Translations under genes and position numbers: made by a program | In this document: positions 36,917-53,350 of the stretch, in pieces | Position numbering within the stretch: the first letter of the stretch is position 1 | Layout: each line of letters opens with the position of its first letter | Notes under the pieces: generated by a model | What the model was told of the DNA's origin: nothing | Database searches by the model: none | What the model saw: only the letters and a program-made list of their open reading frames with translations | Assembly (NCBI RefSeq): GCF_009914755.1 | Contig: NC_060943.1 | Source: the human T2T-CHM13v2.0 reference genome, Homo sapiens | Length of the DNA: 64,000 nt | Reading direction: 5' to 3' (one strand)

Positions 36917-37325
36917 TGTATTAGTCCATTCTCACAGTTATAAAGAAATACTTGACACTGGGTAATTTATAAGGAAAAGGGATGTAACTGACTCACAGTT
37001 CCACATGGCTGGGGAGGCCCCAGGAAACTTACAATCATGGTAGAAGTTGAGGGAGAAGGAGGAAACTTACATTCATGGTGGAAGGTGAAGGAGAAGCAAG
37101 TACCTTCTTCACAAGGTGGCAGGAGAGAGAGAGAGAGAGAGAGCCAAGGGGGAAGAGCCTCTTATAAAACCATCAGATCTTGTGAGAACTCACTCACTAT
37201 CACAAGAACAGCATGGGGGAAACTGCCCCCAGGATCCAATTACCTCCTAGCAGGTTCTTCCCTCCACATCTGAGGATTACAATTCAAGATGAGATTTGGG
37301 TGAGGACACAGAACCAAACCATATC
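36917..37325. mobile_element. MaLR LTR (MST/THE1 type)
   Basis: tgtattagtccattctcac...gatgagatttgggtgaggacacagaaccaaaccatatca. Confidence 0.8.
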
Positions 37326-39544
37326 ACTTGCCATCACCATTCAGGATGCTTGCAAATCAACTGTTACCTGCACCCGTAAATACATATCTTCTTTTTCCCC
37401 TGAGAATTTTCCTTAGTGTATTTGGTGGCAGTGTCTAGAGAAACAGCATTGTCAGCCACATTTTAAATTAAGTTATATGTACTAGTAAATTCACGGGAAA
37501 GATAAGAACAATATTTGGTTTTGTTCAGCACCATACACAAGCCTCCAAGATGGGCAAAGAGGAGATCTAAAACTGCATGATGTTCCATTAAGCGTTTTTG
37601 TTTAATACAATGTTCTCATCCTCCTTTTGGAGAGTGGCTTCTACCCATCTGAACTCCTTGGAGGTTCAATTGGCTACATAATCCAAGATGTCCCTTAATG
37701 TATAAATTAGCCTCAGATTCCATACAACTGTCACCCCAATATCACCAAAAGTGAGCACCCAGGGACTCCATTGGAACCTTTTCTCTGCAGAAACCAACTT
37801 ATCTTCATCGACTTTGAGGTTGATAGTAATTTCAGTTATTGACTGTTTTGGCTTTTAACTGTGGGAGGTATTAGGGAACTCTCAAGGAAAAAATTTGGAA
37901 AGCAGCAGTGAGCTAGGCCAAATAGCAAGTTACGGGCCAGTGAGGAGAAAGAACAGAGTAAGCGAACCTCAGCAGACCCAAGGTAGGCACTTGTGGGGTT
38001 GGAAAAGAGGGTCACCTACTGGCATTAGAGCAGATATCAGTTAAATTTGTTTACACATAAGTCTGCACAGCTCTTGAACAAGGTGGGAAGCTCACTTTTT
38101 TTGTGGTCTCTTTCTATCATGCTGCAAGGGTGCATAGCCACATTTAGTTGGAAAGAGACTTTACTGTATTTACTTATTTATTTATTTAATTATTTTTTAT
38201 AGCGTTGGGGTCTTGCTATGTTGACCAGGCTGGTCTCGAACTCCTGGCCTCAAGTGATCCTCCCATCTAAATCTCCCAAAGTGCTGGGATTACAAGCACG
38301 AGCCATCATGCCTGGCCACTTTACCATATTTAATTCAGTAACATTACACATGCAATTAACCGTACCCACATAGGTAGTCCCCAGGTCCTATGCGGGATGC
38401 CTGGAAGCACAATATGCTTTTTGCAGCCATCATTCAGATACATTTTCTATATTTGGTAGTGATTATATTATTAGTTAGTTAATAGAATGTTATTACATAC
38501 TGTTATTGTATTATATTAACTAATAACTAGTTATTAGTTAATAGTATGTTATTACATACTGTTATTATATTAAATAACTAATAACATAACCACTATCAAA
38601 TATTTCCAGTGAGTGCAAAAAAGCAAGTGGCAATTGATGTCTAGAATATCAAGATATAGCTTTCCACTCCTCCTTTGGGGTTTCCGGGTGATTCCCATTG
38701 GGAACACAAAGAGGCATTGGCGCCAGTGAAATTATTTCCTGATTTTGGGGAACTGGCTCACAAACTCAACAATTGCTTGTTTTTTTTCCTAGGGTATAAG
38801 CCTTTGCTAAAGCCATTCACAGATTATTGTACTATGGATTTTCTTGTAAGGAAAGGGAAAGGGTTAGGACAGCAAGAAACAGGGAAGAAAGGATAAGAGA
38901 TAATGCTTTCATGATGGAAGAGAAATCTTGATCCACAGTCTTGGAAAAGCTGTCCTCATATAAGATGCCAACTGCTTCTTGGGAAAAACTTTCCTGGTCA
39001 GCTTTGCCTTAAGGTCTCAACAGACATAAAGTTCTAGGAGTCTAGAAGGACCCTTTTCAATTGAGAGATGTGGATCCAAGATCCCAGACCCTGAAGTTTT
39101 GCTACAGAGAAGAACTTGGCATTGTCCTTTGCAATGGAGTACAAGGACAGTCTTAGAAGAACCTGGTATGGTTACTTCCAATGGAGTTCAAGGACAGTTT
39201 CTCTGGTGTCATTTCCAAAGAGCCCAACCTCTAAATTATAGATAGTGAAAGGTCTGGTTGTCATCAACTGATGGGTCATCAATGACTCCTTTTACCTGGT
39301 GAAAACATGCCTTGGCATAATGTATTAAAGCCTTGCATTATTGAATCATATCAGAGTTTATAAGAGTGGGAGATACATGAGATTCTATTATTGGGGCATA
39401 GGACTTCCTATTACTATTTTACAAGTGATCTATCTATGTCTTTCCAATAGGAGTGGATCTGATTGCCGTCAATCAATAATACCTTTGACCAAGGGACTCC
39501 AATCAATTCAGCATGCTTTGCCTAATGCCTTTTGTTTGTAATAC

Positions 39545-40034
39545 TGTTGCGGGACAATCAAAGACTGGAGAGACCAAAAAAGGTTCAGGAGAGTTTATTA
39601 AATTAAGGTGACCACTGGCTCAGCCAGAAATATGTCCAGAGAGTCTGAGCCCCGAACAAAGGGCTTTGCCTGCTTTTAAACATCTTAAGGTGGGAACTAC
39701 ATGAGGTGGGAAGCAAGTTACAGAAGGGAGAAACAAAGCAGTTAATTAACATTTCTTACATCTTAAGAAAGACATGTGTTGCAACCTAAACTTATCAGTC
39801 TTATGACCCTGCAGCCATGCAGGAACTCACTGGGCCTGTAATAAACTTTAAGGAATGTGGAGTTGGGAAGAAGAGATAAGGTCCATTGTCCACAGAGAGA
39901 AGAAAGGTTGTTAATATTCTCTTTTAACTTGAATGTAAGGTGGGGGTCACACTTTGCAGCAACTTTAAAAGGATTTTAAAATTTCTATTACTACTACTAT
40001 TAGGTTATAGTTGATTTCATTAATTCCTTCTTCA
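39545..40034 (-). mobile_element. Solo LTR (~490 bp, ERV1-class, family not determined)
   Basis: TG...CA termini, 4-bp TSD ATAC (39541-44 and 40035-38), minus-strand AATAAA near 39594. Confidence 0.7.
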
Positions 40035-41671
40035 ATACCTTATTTAAGTATTTTACCACTTCTCTAGTGAAGCAAGTACCTCTACCACTGGAGAGTTCTC
40101 CAGGAATGCCAAGTAAGGAAATACATTTTCTAATAACATTTTAGCTACTGTTATGGCATTGATCTTTGTGCATAAAAAAGCTTTAATACAACCAGAAAAC
40201 ATGCAATGAAGGTGGCAGTTGAATTAACTCCATCTTCAAGTGTTCAAATGATCTACCAAGTCCCAGAAATATATCACCTGTGGTTTTTGGTTTTTGTTGT
40301 CTTACTAGAATTATGGATTTGATAAATCAAATATTAGTTATAAACCATTAGAACAGTCACCTCATCAATATTTTTTCATAATTTGGATCATTTTATCTCT
40401 TCTATGATGAGTCGTGGAATGCAGAGCTTTTAGTAATGGAAATTTTAAGAACTCAGGAAGGATCAGGCGGCCATCCAGTGTCTCCATGAGTGCATGCTTC
40501 ACACTGGAATTACAGCCTCTTAAATACAAATTTTAATACCATAAGTACCAATTTATGCTTCTCCAATTCAGGTACATAACACTGGTTTATTAAATAGGTT
40601 ATCATAGGTAATTTGATGGTGCCATTGCACTCCAGCCTGGGTAACAGATTGAGACCCTGTCTCTGAATTGGAACTGCACGGGGGCACTGTCCTTGGAGGG
40701 GTGAGTGGGCATGACGAGGTGTCTGGGTATGAGCCACAGGTGTAGAATTTCACTCTTCTCTGCCATCCTCTGTTACATCCTGGGTACCTGCCTGCCACTG
40801 AAAGAATGAGGTAAAAGAGGTGGTGGCACGAATCAAATAGATTTTGCTGTGCCAATGAGAGAGAGCAGACTAGCCCATGTCAGTGCCAGGAGAGTGGAGG
40901 AGAGAGGGAGAGCAGCAAAGGAGTGTGGGTAGGGAGTGCTCATCAACAGTACACATAGTGCCCTATACCGGTAACTGCCACTGGCTCAGTATTTACCTGG
41001 GTTATCACTGCTTACCATGCCTGATTTTATGATTAATTATCTACTTATCATTACTAATCAATCAACCCACTTTCCAATGGGAGAATTAGAATACTGACAA
41101 TACCTTCCCCTTCCCCCTCTCATGTTGACCATACTCCTGAATCTTAGGCTTGTTATCCTTTTGCTATTAATAGAGTTTTTTTATTTCTGATCAATGGTCT
41201 TTTTACTGATAGAGTAAATATGCATATATACAGAGTATATATGCCAATGGTACTATGAATTTTAAAATTATTTGCTTAGACAGAATATGTGGACATACAA
41301 ATGATGAATGTGATAATTGTCATACATATATATTTATCTTAGACACTTAGTCAAAACATGTGGTTTTTGGTTATGAGTTAGACACTGTCACTTTACCTGG
41401 AAGATACAAAGTAATTGGGTCATAGACTCTCAAATTATGGAACACTTAGATTTTTCAGGGGAATGACATGGAGGGAGCCAAGGAGTCTTATGATTAGGTA
41501 AAATATTGTTTGGGTGGCTCACGACCCCACTGGGCAACACTCAAAGATGTGGTGGCTTATGCCTGTAATCCCAACACTTTGGGAGGCTGAGGTGGGAGGA
41601 TTGCTTGAAGCCAGGAGTTCAAAACCAGCCTGGGCAACTGAACAAGACCCTGTCTCCACAAAAATTTTTTA

Positions 41672-41896
<225 letters not shown>

Positions 41897-42228
41897 TCAA
41901 AGACATCCTACACAATTCACTGAACCTTCTCTTTAAGGGTTTTTTCTAAACTCTGCAGACACTATCTGGAGACCAATCATGCCTCTATTAACAGAATTTG
42001 CTGCTCCTTCTAGCTCTTGGTATCTCACTGCCCCCTTTCTTTATGAGAGCTGGCATGGTCATTGAATATCCCAATCCTTTACAAATTCTGAAACAAGCAA
42101 AACTGTCAATGAAATTCATATTTGCCTAAAATGAGTTTTCAAAAGGATCTTTGTGGCTATCTTGTTAGTTCATAGAAAGTGGAGGCTTGTCAGGAACGAT
42201 ATTGAATTTTTCATTTAAATTGTTTTAG

Positions 42229-42438
<210 letters not shown>

Positions 42439-45400
42439 TGAACTCCTGGCCTCAAGCAATCCTCCTGCCTCAACATCCCAAAGCATTGGGATAAGTTTTG
42501 AATAGACATGTTTGACCCTCTCCCCTTCTTCGTTGCAGCAAAGATTTCCATTTTCTCACAGGGAGGACTTGGGGTAAATTGTTTGTTTTGTTGTTGTTGT
42601 TGTTGTTTGAGGATGTGGGTGGGTCATCTTGGTTAATGTCAGTGCAAGAACAGTGTCCGTTCCTCATTATTGGGGTTCCTTAGCCATCCAGGCAAGCAGT
42701 AGCTCCCTTGAGAAGACTTCCTGACCCCCAGGTCCCCACCATAGGCTCTCATACACCAGCTGCCCCTCCTTACTGAGCCTATGTCCTTGACAATGCTGCA
42801 TTTACTTGTGATCCTGTGGCTGATCTCTCCCTCACACTTCCAGACAAGGAAGGCCTGCGAGGACTCACCACAGAGCTGAACATAGTGCCTGGTACACAAT
42901 AGGCGTTTAGCAAATATGTGTATAGAAACAAATGAAGGAGTCAGTGAGTGAAAGCTCCAAGCCTGACTCAGCAGAACTGACAGTCGGCCGGGGCCTGCAA
43001 AGTGCTACCAGGCCCCCAGTAGGGGGTCGCAGATCTAAGGATCCCTCCCCACCAAATAGAGTCCCATCACATAGGTGAAGGTCTCAAGTGCCTATTGTTT
43101 TCTTTTCATCATTTTCCATGTGTCACGAGAATATCATGCTATCATGTGAATCAATGGACTTAGTTTTCCCACTAGAGTAATGTGTCTGGGAATTACCTGT
43201 GTTGTCATGGGGATTTTCTAGGTGTCATTTACAACTACCTGTGGACAAGGTGAGGTGCTACCCTCATCTTAGAAGTAGGGATGGTGGCCGGGCATGGTGA
43301 CTCATGCCTGTAATCTCAGCACTTTAGGAGGCTGAGGCAGGCAGATCAACTGAGGTCAGGAGTTCGAGACCAGCCTAACTAACATGGAGAAACCCTATCT
43401 GTACTAAAAAAACACAAAACTAGCTGGTGTGGTGGCACATGTCTGTAATCCCAGCCACTCAGGAGGCTGAGGCAGGAGAATTGCTTGAACACAGGAAGCG
43501 GAAGTTGCCCTGAGCCGAGATTGCACCATTGCACTCCATCCTGGTCAACAAGAGTGAAATTCTGTCTCAAAAAACAACAACAACACAACAACAGCAATAA
43601 CAAAAAAACAGTAGGGATGGAGATGCTCAGCCTGGGGAAAGCACTTGTCCAGTGGCACACAACTAGGAAAAGGAGAAGCTGAGCTCCAGCAGGAGGTCTG
43701 TCTCCAAAGCCCTCCTAGACTAAAGCTGCTTAACATTTTGTGGATTATGAAATCCTCTGAGAGTTTGATTAAAGCTGTGGCCCCCTCTTTTCCAAATAGG
43801 CACATACATGTTTGCATAAAGTTGTGAGGCTTCACAGACTCCCTAAAACTCTTTCATAAACCTTCCAAGGGTCCTCTAGGTATTCATGACCGTCTATTAT
43901 GATTGCATCTCTTGGGGGTAGGGGAAAGAGGGAGGGCATGAGCAAGTGTGTGTCAAGGCTGAGGAAGGTGGCGCTGTTGCTTCTCCATTTCCCAATAAGC
44001 TTCCAGATTCCTTTTGGAGCCAGAGGGATGCGGGCTCGTGTCTCAGATTCAATTCTTATGCGTTGAGTCACAGTTTTCTCTTCTGTCAATTAAGACCATG
44101 ACAATGAGAATGTGTGCCCCTAAGGTGGTTGTGAGAATTAAATGGGATATTGCATGCAGCTAGTATATAATAAGTGCTCATTAAATGGCAACTACCTTGA
44201 TCCACTCATTCATTTATTCATGAATCCAATAACAATTCACTGGGCACTTTCTATGTACCAGGAAATATTCTATGAATTGATGATGTGGCATCTTGGACAA
44301 GACATACGAGGTAACACTGTGCTTATGGACATTCCATTGGTGGAGACAGATAAGCAAAAAATAAACAGATAAGGAAATGTTAGGTGGACAAGAGCTACGA
44401 TTAAACTAAAGCAGGAGGATATTTCAGAAAGTGATGGAGAACTACATTAGATTGAGTGGTTAGGGAAAGACTCCGCCTTGCTTTGTTTCTTAGCAGGGAC
44501 CAGGAAAGATTCAGGTGGAAGGTGCCAGAAGGAGGCAGGGTGGTTGCAAGAATCCTGAAGCAGGAAAAATCTCAGGGAACAACATGGAGGAATCAGTGGG
44601 AGGAGAAGTCAGAGAGGTGATGGGGCCACATCATGTAGGACCATGTCAACCACAGGTGGAGACTTCAGATCTTATTCTCAGCAAAGTTGGAGTATTGGAG
44701 GCCTTGGTGAGCACAGGGATATTAATTATTTTACATTTTAGTGGGGTTACCCTGGCTTGTGGGGCAGTGAAACAGTTGTTAAGGGGTCTAAGAATGTAAG
44801 GCAGGAGACCAGTGAAGGGGCTTTGCAGAGATCAATGCAGGGCATTTGTAAGTAAACTTAAACATTTTTCTAATTTTTATGTCAAGTTTTTATTGAAATT
44901 GAACATCACTATAAAAAGTGCACAGCTCAATGAATTTTCACAAACTGAACATACTCATGTAATTGACATGCAGGCCAAGTAGCAAGAGTCCCCCAAAACA
45001 CCACACCCCGTCCTTTTCTAGTCACTATCCACCTACCATCTTGATCATGGGTTGATTTTGTCTGTGTTTGAACTTTTTTTTCTTTTTTGTGAGATGGAGT
45101 CTTGCTCTGTCACCCAGGCTGGAGTGCAGCAGCGTGATCTCGGCTCACTGCAACCTCCACTTCCCCACGCTCAAGGAATTCTCTTGTCTCAGCCTCCCGA
45201 GTAGCTGGGACTACAGGTGAGGGCCACCACGCCAGACTAATTTTTGTATTTTTAGTAGAGACGGGGTTTCACCATGTTGGTCAGGCTGGACTCAAACTCC
45301 TGACCTCGTGATCAGCCCGTCTCAGCCTCCCAAAGTGCTGGGATTACAGGTGTGAGTCACCATGCCCGGCCCTGTGTTTGAACTTCATACACATAAAATT

Positions 45401-45721
45401 ATGATGCATGGACTCTCTTGTGTCTAGTTGCTTCCACTCAACATTATGCCTGTGAGTTTCAGCCACGTTATTGCATGTAGCTGTAGTTTGTTCTTTTTCG
45501 TTGCTGTATACTATTCTATTGTGTGAACTCTCACTGTTTCTCTATATCTGTGTTGATGAGTATTTTATAAAGAAAGCTTCTGTGAATATTTGTTCATTTT
45601 TTGGTGAACACACATACACATTTGTGCTGGGCATGTACCTGAGAGTGAAGTGGATGGTTTCCCAGTTATCCATTTGTTCAGCTTCAGGAAATACTGCCCA
45701 GCGGTTCCCCAAGTGGCTGCA

Positions 45722-46048
45722 CAGTAATCCCACCTTATCCACCGGAGATATGTTCTGAGACCCCCAGTGGATGCCTGAAACCCCAAATAATGCTGAGCCC
45801 TATATATACTCTTTTTTTCCTATACAATCACATTATACAGGGAGGGTGGTATACACAGTGCAGACGGGGTGGACAAAGGGATGATTCATGTCCTGGGTGG
45901 GACAGAGTGGATGATGAGAGACATCATCATCCTACTTAGAATGGTGCACAACTTAAAACTTACAAATTGCTTATTTCTGGAATTTTCTATTTAATATTTT
46001 CAGACTGTGGTTAGCTGCAGGTAACTGAAACTGCAAAAAGCAAAACCA
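45722..46048. mobile_element. MER44/Tigger7-like DNA transposon fragment
   Basis: cagtaatcccaccttatcc..gacccccagtggatgcctgaaacc..ttatttctggaattttc. Confidence 0.65.
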
Positions 46049-46187
46049 GGCCAGGCGCGGTGGCTCACGCCTGTAATCCCAACACTTTGGGAGGCTGCGG
46101 TGGGTGGATCACGAGGTCAGGAGATCGAGACCATCCTGGCTAACGTGGTGAAACCCTGTCTCTACTGAAAATACAAAAAATCAGTCA

Positions 46188-46376
<189 letters not shown>

Positions 46377-46850
46377 TCATAAGAAGTATGGGGTGAGGGT
46401 GATATTCGTAGTATTTTATCAACCATCTCTACTGTTTAGGGCAGCAGCCAATTAGAGCAGACCCTGGCTGGGCCACCAATTAACCTAAGCTTGTCCAACC
46501 CACCTTATTTTGTTGTTGTTGTTCTGTTTTGTTTTGTTTCAGTCTTTCAGCAGCCTGAAGCCATGGTTTTCAGATTTTGTCTCTAGTAATATACAGAAAA
46601 GAAGGATGAGGAAGGGGTTTTACTGGCCCAATCAGAAACAGAAACTAAGAACCTATGACTGTATTCTCTCCCTTGGACACCGTTAACTGTTAACCCTTAC
46701 TTGCTGGATCCTGGCAGGGGAAAGGGCAGCCTGGGGAGGCGGATGTTGAGGAGGGGCTAATTACCAATCTGGTATGTAAGTATTTTGATAGTTTTACAAA
46801 TGAGGTGTATGCTGACTAACAGCCACCCCTGGTGTGGATGTGATTGGCAG

Positions 46851-47013
46851 TTCCGAGAGAAATATGGGGACGTCTTCACGGTACACCTGGGACCGAGGCC
46901 CGTGGTCATGCTGTGTGGAGTAGAGGCCATACGGGAGGCCCTGGTGGACAACGCTGAGGCCTTCTCTGGCCGGGGAAAAATCGTCATCATGGACCCAGTC
47001 TACCAGGGATATG
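46851..47013 (+). pseudogene. CYP2B7P: CYP2B7P exon 2
   Basis: [33 protein letters not shown]; 163 bp. Confidence 0.95.
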
Positions 47014-47145
47014 GTGAGGGCTTCAGAGGCACTGGGAGGGGGCAGGTGGGGGTGCATCAGGGAAGGGAGTATATGGGGGGAAGAAGGACTCAGAGCCTTC
47101 TTCCAACTTCTTCTGCAACCAACTCACACCTCCCCTGCACTGCAG

Positions 47146-47295
47146 GCATGCTCTTTGCCAATGGAAACCGCTGGAAGGTGCTTCGGCGATTCTCTGTGAC
47201 CACCATGAGGGACTTCGGGATGGGAAAGCGGAGTGTGGAGGAGCGGATTCAGGACGAGGCTCAGTGTCTGATAGAGGAACTTCGGAAATCCAAGG
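47146..47295 (+). pseudogene. CYP2B7P: CYP2B7P exon 3
   Basis: [36 protein letters not shown]; 150 bp. Confidence 0.95.
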
Positions 47296-47715
47296 GTGAG
47301 TCCTGGGAGACGAATAGGAAAGAAAGGCAATGAAACACTGAGAGATGCAGGCACGGGAATAGAAAGGCAGAGAGGTATACATGGGCAGAGACAGAGACAG
47401 ACGAAACCAGAGACATGATCTGACAGAGGTATAGGGACAGAGAGTGAGAGAGACAGGGGAATAGAGAGGGACGGGGATTGGCAGGAGAGAAACAGAGCCA
47501 GGGAAAGAGAGAGATGCCAGGTGTATAATGTCCAAAAGTTACTCAAAGAGGCTGGATGCGATGACTCTCACCTGTAATCCCAGTACTTTGGGAAGCAAAC
47601 AGCCTGGGCAACATAATGAGATCCTGTCTCTACACAATATAAAAAAGAAATGAGCCAGGCATGGTGGTGTGTGCCCGTAGTCCCAGCTACTTGCTATGGT
47701 GGGACTACAGGATCA

Positions 47716-47862
<147 letters not shown>

Positions 47863-48135
47863 CTATCGAAGGCAAAATCAGAAGTTATGTAAAAGAAAGC
47901 AAAGAGATAAAGGAAAAAACTACAGACATTTAACAAATAATGACCTGTGTTTTCCTTGCCCTGGGTGAAGTGCTGATGAGCTGGCAGTGAGCAAGCAGGC
48001 CAGGTGGGATGTTCTGCCTGGGTGCAGCTGGAGGGGTCATCAAAGAATCACTAGGTTATTTTTGAGTTCTCCATAACTGGGTGTCTGTGGGACATGTAGG
48101 TGACGGGTCTCTGGCTAGTACCTCCATCTCATTTA

Positions 48136-48732
<597 letters not shown>

Positions 48733-49721
48733 TCAAGAAAGGGTCTGCAGAGGAATGAGAGAAGACAGGCAAGTGAGACCCAGAGAGAGGCTGCACTAAC
48801 CTGACATTCTTGGGTGCTCACAGACCACCCTCCCTCCAGCTGGGGCCAGTGCTGAGCCTGGTGTATACAGGTATCACTTAACAAGTGCAGAATAATGCCC
48901 GGATGACTGGAGAGCCCTAGATGTAGAAAGAAGAGATTATGGGGGAGTAACAGGTGGGGGTAGAAAGATGGTTTTTTATTTGTTTTAAATTAGGGACAGG
49001 GTCTCACTCTGTACCCAGGCTGGAGTGCAGTGGCACGATCATAGCTCACTGCAGCCTCAAACTCCTGGGCCCATGTGATCCTCCCACTTCAGCCCCCTAG
49101 ACTCCTTCAACTGGGACTACAGGCATGTGCCACCATGTCTGGCTACATTTTTAACTTTTTTGTAGAGACAGGTTCTCCTTATGGTGCCCAGGCTGGTCTT
49201 GAATTCCTGATCCTTTTGCCTCAGGCTCCCAAAGTGCTGGGATTAGAGGTATGAGCCACTGTGCCCACCCAGGGCTTTTTAATTTATACAAACAATTGAT
49301 TAAACACCTACTCTGCCCAGCCCCTACCCCTGGGATTTAGCTGTATTCACTCCCAGAGTCAGAGGTGGGGCCGGAGAGGAGGTGCAGAGTGAGAACCGGC
49401 TGCATGGACTCGATAGCTGTGTTGCCTGGGTCTAAATCCTGGCCTCAGGAATGAGTAGCTGTGCAACTTTGGTCAAATTACTCAACCTCTCTGTCTGCCC
49501 ATCTATAATTTGGAGCTAATAATCAAATTGCATCTGCCTCACATTGTTGTAGTGAGAGTTCAGTGGAATTACACGTGACGTGCTGATACATAATTAGCTG
49601 TTATGGTTATTCTCATGTTTACCATTACTGAGTGATGGCAGACAATCACACAGAGATAGGTGACAGCCTGATGTTCCCCAGGCCCTTCAGTCTGTGTCCT
49701 TGACCTGCTGCTTCTTCCTAG

Positions 49722-49882
49722 GAGCCCTCGTGGACCCCACCTTCCTCTTCCATTCCATTACCGCCAACATCATCTGCTCCATCATCTTTGGAAAACGCTT
49801 CCACTACCAAGATCAAGAGTTCCTGAAGACGCTGAACTTGTTCTGCCAGAGTTTCTTACTCATCAGCTCTATATCCAGCCAG
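49722..49882 (+). pseudogene. CYP2B7P: CYP2B7P exon 4
   Basis: [27 protein letters not shown]; 161 bp. Confidence 0.95.
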
Positions 49883-50181
49883 GTCCAGGAGAGGGAGAAG
49901 GAGAGGGAGGGTGGGGGTGAGGTGAACATCCAGGACACACGAGAAAAGGATGACCTGACTTGGGGGCTCAGAAATGCAGCTTATCCCTGGAAGAAATGCA
50001 GAGACCACGTGGAGTCAGGGACATGGAGACCTGGAGGGAGGGGAGGCGGTGAGACAGGGATAGAGACAGTGAGAGAGAGAATGGGGCACGATGGGGAGGC
50101 AGAAACAGAGTCAGAGAGAGACTGAGAGAAGAAAGATGAGCAAAAACAAGACAAAGAAGGGCAGAGATCAAGAGATCCTGA

Positions 50182-50789
<608 letters not shown>

Positions 50790-51040
50790 TAAAGCTCCTC
50801 ACCTGAAGAAATTCAAGGATACAAGACAATAAGGAACAGCATTTCTTCATTTTCTCCCATTGCTCCTTCTCCCTGTTTTTTTTTTTTTTTAAAAAAAAAC
50901 TTTCCACAGATTATAAAGGTAATCTTCTGCTCTTTTAAAAGAAAATAATAAAATGTCTCCTTATTGATTAACCTGGAAATATGCCTATTACATATTAAAT
51001 TTAAGAATATCAAGCTGCAGAACAGTATGCATAGCTGTAG

Positions 51041-51220
<180 letters not shown>

Positions 51221-52044
51221 TAGTAGAGATGGTGTTTCACCATGTCGGCCAGGCTGGTCAACATAGCTACAGCTCTTAAGCAGGGGTGTATGTTGGATTC
51301 ACATGTGGGGTTGTCACAGTTATGGATTTTCAGGACCCTACTTTCCAGGCGGTCTGATCTGGAAAGTCTGGGATGGGGTCCAAGGTGAGTACTTGTAACA
51401 AGCCCGACCAATAATTCTAATGTTCTCCTCCCACCGAGAACCACAGAGAAAAGTCTGGAAGGAGACCCACCAGACAGTTAACAATGGTTATCTCTAGAAG
51501 GAGAGATTAAGAAGGAATTTTACATCGCAATATACGTTTGCATTTTTGCAATTATTTGCAATAAATTAGGCATTCCATTCTTCATCAAAGTAATAGAAAT
51601 AACCTCCAAAATACATAGTCCTAACATGTCAGCAGGCTTATCTTGTGTAAGAATCATTTTATTAATGTCTGACACAGCAAGGGAGATGAGGAGAGGAGGG
51701 AAGAGGGAGAGAAAAGTATGAGAAAGACAAATAAACAGGCCGAGGTAGACAATGGGTGACACAGAAAGGAAGTGAGACAGAGACTAAGAGAGATAGAAAG
51801 GAGAGAGGCAGGGAGATGGGGCAGAGGCCAAGAAAAAGACAGAAGGATGAGGGAGGAAGATGCAGAAAGAGGTAAATGTGAGATAGATCAAAGGAGATAT
51901 AGAGTCAGTGAGTGAGGGGTTCAGAGGCAGAGGGGAGTGGGGAAGTGGGGTTCCCATGGAGGGATTGGGGCCCAGGAGGCGCTCTCTCCCTGTGACCTGC
52001 TAGCTCAGCCCTAGGCAAACCTCACCACCCCTTCTTTCTTGCAG

Positions 52045-52221
52045 CTGTTTGAGCTCTTCTCTGGCTTCTTGAAATACTTTCCTGGGGCACACAGGCAAGT
52101 TTACAAAAACCTACAGGAAATCAATGCTTACATTGGCCACAGTGTGGAGAAGCACCGTGAAACCCTGGACCCCAGCGCCCCCAGGGACCTCATCGACACC
52201 TACCTGCTCCACATGGAAAAA
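52045..52221 (+). pseudogene. CYP2B7P: CYP2B7P exon 5
   Basis: [18 protein letters not shown]...[17 protein letters not shown]; 177 bp. Confidence 0.95.
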
Positions 52222-52815
52222 GTGGGGTCTGGGAGAGGAAAAAGGGAAGGGAGGGGAGGGAGGGCAAGATAGAGAGGTGAGAAGAGGGAGGGAAAAGGGG
52301 TAGGGAAGGGGAAGATGGGGAGTGAAGAACAAAGATTAGGGAGGGGAGAATAGTGAAAAGGAGGAGAGCAGATGAGGAAGGAAAGAAAGATGAGGTGAAA
52401 GGAAGGAGAAAATAGGAGGAACTGAGATGGAGAGAGAGTGGTGGTGGGAAGTGGGGGAGAGAGAGAGAGAGGGAGAGAGAAGACTGGCTGAGGAAGGAAT
52501 TTGGGGCAAGAGACAAAAATACAGCAACAGGAGAAAAGACTCACGGAGGTAGAAAGAGACTGGGAGACAAAAAGAGAGAAACACATCAAAAAGATGTGGA
52601 GAGAGATAGAAACAGAGCCAGGCAGAGTAAAAAGAGGCTGAGAGAGATGAGTTAGAGATGTGCAGCTGGACATGTAGAGGACAGAGAAAAGCAAATTGGG
52701 CCAGATAATGTCAAAGACCTTCAGGCAAACGGAGGGCAGCCAGGGAGACAGGCGTGTGCACAGCAAGGCTACAACCTCTCCTGACCCTGCCCTCCCCTCC
52801 CTACTGTGGACGCAG

Positions 52816-52957
52816 GAGAAATCCAACCCACACAGTGAATTCAGCCACCAGAACCTCATCATCAACACGCTCTCGCTCTTCTTTGCTGGCACTGAGACCA
52901 CCAGCACCACTCTCCGCTACGGCTTCCTGCTCATGCTCAAATACCCTCATGTCGCAG
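52816..52957 (+). pseudogene. CYP2B7P: CYP2B7P exon 6
   Basis: I-helix [15 protein letters not shown]; 142 bp. Confidence 0.95.
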
Positions 52958-53080
52958 GTGGGCCAGGGACAGCCAGTCAAGGGGGTCTTCTGGACTGCAG
53001 AAATGGGGCTATGGGTACCACCTGGATGAGAGAGGGGATGCTGGCTTCCTATTCCGGGATCACTGTAGGCTCTGGACTAG

Positions 53081-53350
<270 letters not shown>

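Noticed and set aside
38460-38600. AT-rich ~35-bp local duplication (ttagttaatag.atgttattacatactgttatt)
   Set aside because: Slippage-type low-complexity duplication within an ERV remnant; no sign of function.
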